Shown one piece after another: positions 59,801 to 64,000 of a stretch of 64,000 bases of DNA; position 1 is the first letter of the stretch, and each line of letters opens with the position of its first letter. The notes under the pieces were generated by a model. The model ran no database searches. It was not told where the DNA came from and saw only the letters and a list, made by a program, of their open reading frames with translations. Both the position numbers and the translations under genes were made by a program. The DNA is from Oculina patagonica (Eukaryota). Where the stretch lies: the NCBI RefSeq assembly GCF_052425735.1, contig NC_135769.1, positions 29,760,001-29,824,000 on the forward strand, written 5' to 3'.

Positions 59801-62800
59801 CTCCACCGTTTGCAAGATATTTATACCGTCCAACGTTGCCGTACTGCAATGTAAAATCTACATGTACAGTAGTGTTTATTTTGGTGGCAACACTTTCCGC
59901 TTTGCTGTGGGCTTAGTATTGACAAAATACATTTCTAAGTCGCCCCTCCCTCTAACAATCTTTTTGTCACCACCCAGATTCTGGGGGGCACGTGACCAGA
60001 CCCAACCAGGGTCTCTCTTCTCTCGCTCTGGGGGGCAGGGAGAGAGAGACCCTGGGAACGAGGTTGCACTGAAAAGTGCAACAAGCTTCTATTGTTTGAA
60101 TGCAGGCTCTAAAATGACAGTCATGTATAAATTATGTACTTTTTTAACACTGGGTACATGTATGTACAACTTTTCCTCTCAGGGCAAGGAGAAGGATGGA
60201 CAAGGAAGATGTATTTGGTTCCACAATCCAGGTTGTGTATTCAACAACCAGTCAAGGAAATGCTTGTAGTCCCCAAAAGAGCAAGAAAACACAGCAGGTG
60301 GAAGCCGCTGGTAATTTGGTGAGCAAAGGTAGAGACCCTTCGCCAAAACCCCCACACAACCCATTGCAAAAGGAAAAGGCAGGTTCTAATTGTGCACTGT
60401 TAGACAATTTCGTTATCGAGAATGGCTCATCATCCAGGAAAAGTGGGAAACAGGAGATTAAAGCCAGTACGTCACCTACAGATGACAGTCCTGACTCAGG
60501 GGATAGTACAGAAGAAAATGACGGTAAGCCAGGAGCCTCTCTACCAGAGTTCTAATGGCCCTCAGTTCATCAGCCATCAGACAATGTTCAGTAATGGATC
60601 CTATGCCGGCATCTGGCCACACCCTATCTACCAGAACTTCATGAACTTACCAACTCAGGGCACAGGCTTTCCAGGAATCACCCCTCTTGCCCCTCCACTT
60701 ATGGGAGGACCCCATCTTGCTGCTTCGTGGCTAGCCAGCTTGCATAACTTTACTGTTTTGGACCAGCAGCGAGGAGGAATAGATTTGCTTGTAACTAATT
60801 TGGATGAGAGTGTGAGCAAGAAAGAGTTGAAGAAGAAACTTGCATCTGTGTTTAGGGAACATTGTAAGGTGAGAGCCTATCAGTTGACTGTTCATTTGCG
60901 CATGGCAATATCATTTGTTTTACAGTATGTTGTGGTTCAATTTTACCCTTGATACCGGGGGGATTTGATGTTTTCCTTTCTTGGTAAAATATGATAATTT
61001 CAGTGAATACAAAACAAAACAAAATACCAGATTGTACCAAGGGTAGAATTGAACACAACATGTACATGTACTTTTGTAAACTTTGTTTTTTCTTGTATGA
61101 TCTCTTAATGTGTGGACTTGTACCACTTTCCTTGCGGGGGGGGGGGGTAACTGTCTTATTTTCAGTGTTTCTTTTTTTTGTCAAAAAATAGCCTATAAAC
61201 AGTAAGGAGTCATGGTTCTGCAACCCTTAACAAACATACATGAAGAACTTAGACTTATTTTAGGCATATTGATCTGGTCATGTGAGCTACTGAAGAGAAT
61301 TTACATTTTGATATTTGCAATGAGTGTTCTTCCTCCTCTCTTTCCCTCACAGGATTTTGATTGTAAAAGAATAACATGTGCATGACTTGTAGATTGAAAC
61401 ATTTTCTTTAAGGTTTATATTAAAATCATAGAAACAGGAGGGAAAATGTAAAAGAATGCAAAATGCTGTGGATCATAAGAACAAATTAAAATCAAATGTT
61501 TCCATTTTGTAGTATTTTGCATTCTCCCAAACTTCCACTTCTGTTTTTGGGACACAAAATGCTGTTCTGTTTTTTGACTGCAACATCTTCTGATTATTAC
61601 AGTGCTTTATATAATGCAAGGGTTGTGTAGATTTTGTGACAACTGATAAAATAATTTCTGTGTTGGGGTTGTTGTCTTGCAGGTTTTGTCTGTCATTCTT
61701 CACAGTGGGGAAGGCATTCCTTTGAGAGCTTTTGTTAAAGTGCCAAAACTATCTGATGCACAACTGGCAATCTGCAAAGTTCACCAGAAGAAAATTTTCA
61801 ATACTCATGTCACTGTGAACATTGCTACAGACAAAGAGAAGGAACTCTGCTTTCTACGTTGTGAAGTGACCTCCATTCTCAAAGAGGCTCCCCTGCACGT
61901 TTTGCCACTGAACAAATTCCTCAGCGACTACTATGAGAAATGTTCTCGTGCATTTGATATGAGCTCTATTGGACTTATCCACGATCTAGTCGTGATAACT
62001 GGGAAACCTGGTAATCAGACAATAAGTCTTGTAACACGAGCCATCGGTAGTGTAAAGGTGTCCGTAGAACCCGAGCAGTTTGCTAAAGATGTTCACGCAC
62101 TTCTCAAATCTTGCGAAGGTTCTTTGCCCTTGGTTAGTTTTGCCGCTTCCTACTGGCTTCAGTTTGACAAGAAGATAGAGCCAAATGAACGAGGAGCCCC
62201 CCTTGCTGATGTTCTAAGTTGTGTTCCAAATGTCAAAATAACAGACTCCTTGATGGTGTCTTGGGCTAAACAAGCTGTCAAAAATGGTATGTTATCATGA
62301 AACAAAACTGTCCACTGCTCTTTAAGTAAATTTTGGGAACAGCGATTGAGTGTTAAAGTTGCATAGATTGCTACAGATTTCTTTCACAATTTTTTCTGAA
62401 GTGAAATCACATGAGGTGAAGATACATTCTTGGCCTAAGTGTCTGATTTGGACTAGTTTTCAAAAACAATAAGCTCTTTTGATTCTACTGAGTTATTATA
62501 ATGATATTTTACATGTATGTATTTGTCATAATGTTAATGTTTGAAAGGAATTACCATGCAAATTTGTTATGTATGTACCGGCTATTTGTATAAAGTACAT
62601 TATTGACTCTGAAATTTTTGTATGCCTAAAATATTAATATTTTTAGATGCTAGGGTCCCAGATAAGCCTGAGAATTTTTCAGGTGCGAAAATCCTTCTAA
62701 AAATATATAGAGGTTTACTAAAGAGGCATTGAACAAAAACAAGCCCAGACTTAATCGAAATTTTATTGTACTCTCTTGTGGTACCATAACTATTAAAAGC

Positions 62801-63904
62801 ATCAAATAATAGATGACTGTCAATCAGGATAGTTGAGGTACATGTAAGAAGATTTTTTTTTTTTTTCGTCAACAGGAGGGAATGTTGGCAAGCTTCTTGA
62901 ACTAAGCAAAGATTTACACGAGTTGCTGGTGATGCAGGAGGAATTCAAACTTCCTCTCAGTTCAGTGATCTCTGACTACCAGTTGTGGTTTGGGAAGAAG
63001 ACTCCATTTGATCCTGTTGTCTATGGATTCACTTCTGTTGTGACGCTTCTAGAAGCTTTACCAGCTGTGGCTGAGGTAAGTAGATGGTGGCCAGAGTTTC
63101 CTGAGCTGCAGTTGTCTCATGGGTAGTATACTACGCGTGTAGACTGTGGATTGAGTAGTATGGGCTTCAGCCCTGGCTCCTGGCTGGGCTGCCTCTCCTC
63201 CCAGGAGAGGTGTATTATGATTGGAAACCAGCGAACTAACGTTGTAGGGTAGCTGTTGCAGTGGAGGGAGAGAGGGCTGGGAATGGGGGAGTAGAAATAC
63301 TCCTAGTCTCTTGCAAATGAAACTGGAGGGATAGTGTAATTGTTGGCATGATGGGGGACTACTCACTAGCCTATAACACCCTGCACCTCTACCCAGGGAC
63401 ATTTTGCACTCTCCCCAGTTCTCGCCCACATAAAGGAACCAAGATGGTGGCCTGTCAAACTCAACCATCAATCTCTATGACTTAATAGAAAACAAGGGGA
63501 CTGTTAACAGTCTAAATTTTACCTGAATGTAGCATTAATTATTTTTTACAACAAATGTACATATAGAAATACACATGTGTATTAATGTACATGTGGAATT
63601 TGTTTTGGAAAATGGACCTATTGGTTGTGTGTTTTGTAAGTTTATTTTAATATAATTTTTTTAAATTAAAATGCAGGTAGCACTTCAAGGCTCCGAAAGA
63701 TGGCTCATCCTTTCACAGCCCTTGAAAATCAAAGCCTTTGAGAAAAACCTCAAAATGCTACTTGAAAGTCAACCTGATGGAGTGATTGCATTGGGAAACT
63801 TCGTGTCAGCTTACATGAGGTTTTTTGGTCAGAAGTGCAAGATTGCAACGTTTGGCTTTTCCAAGCTGACAGATTTGATTGAAGCTGTTCCTACTGTTGC
63901 CAAG
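53851..63904 (+). CDS. MARF1: MARF1/Limkain-b1-like NYN ribonuclease with RRMs and LOTUS domains plus an extra N-terminal RRM and zinc fingers; 3'-incomplete
   Basis: Exons 53851-54225 (RRM; alternative in-frame ATG at 53800), 54383-54506 (CCCH), 55460-55635, 56026-56482 (C2H2), 57172-57416 ([12 protein letters not shown]), 57867-58151 ([15 protein letters not shown]...SGDINF), 58543-58721 ([13 protein letters not shown]), 60183-60868 (frame change at about 60524-60674), 61683-62286, 62876-63075 and 63677-63904 (LOTUS: Y...FG...YGF/FGF..L..L/I.A.P). Confidence 0.88.
56663..56845 (+). mobile_element. tRNA-derived SINE
   Basis: gcgcagtagtgagagcgctcgcttcccaccaatgtggcccttgttcgattccc head followed by a tgggttgagtttgttgttggtt...gggtttttctcc body. 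Confidence 0.75.
57438..57666. mobile_element. hAT-like MITE with a 5-bp TSD
   Basis: tttat|cagggctcgataaaa...ttttgtcaagccctg|tttat. Confidence 0.8.
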
Positions 63905-64000
63905 GTTACACTCAGTCTATTTCTAAATAATTTTTGTTGTTGTACATTCATTGAGGAGGCGAGTGTAGTCGACCAAGTGGTTAGGGCACTGGACTCCCAC

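Overview
This is AT-rich, intron-rich animal genomic DNA. The repeat families and gene content suggest a cnidarian, probably a stony coral (inference). There is one 500-N assembly gap at 16319-16818. In order, the window holds: (1) the 3' exons of a gene with a fibrinogen/collagen-NC1-like N-terminal motif; (2) a + strand tandem array of single-exon class A GPCRs (one tail-only relic, two intact genes, one truncated copy); (3) a head-to-head pair of survivin (BIRC5, 4 exons, - strand) and NPL4 (NPLOC4, 17 exons, + strand, one GC-AG intron), with only 183 bp between the ATGs; (4) two more paralogous GPCRs on the - strand, one lacking its tail; (5) a 3.7-kb P-element-like transposon nested in a Harbinger MITE, carrying a Myb/SANT relic and subterminal hairpins; (6) immediately downstream, a MARF1/Limkain-like NYN-RRM-LOTUS gene with an unusual extra N-terminal RRM + CCCH + C2H2 module, running off the window end. 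Introns and intergenic DNA are dense with nested MITEs, SINEs and LINE tails. They also include a Penelope fragment with a minimal hammerhead ribozyme and a 285-bp GC-rich insert containing a 202-nt run with no T. All exon models and coordinates were read by eye; no database search was run.
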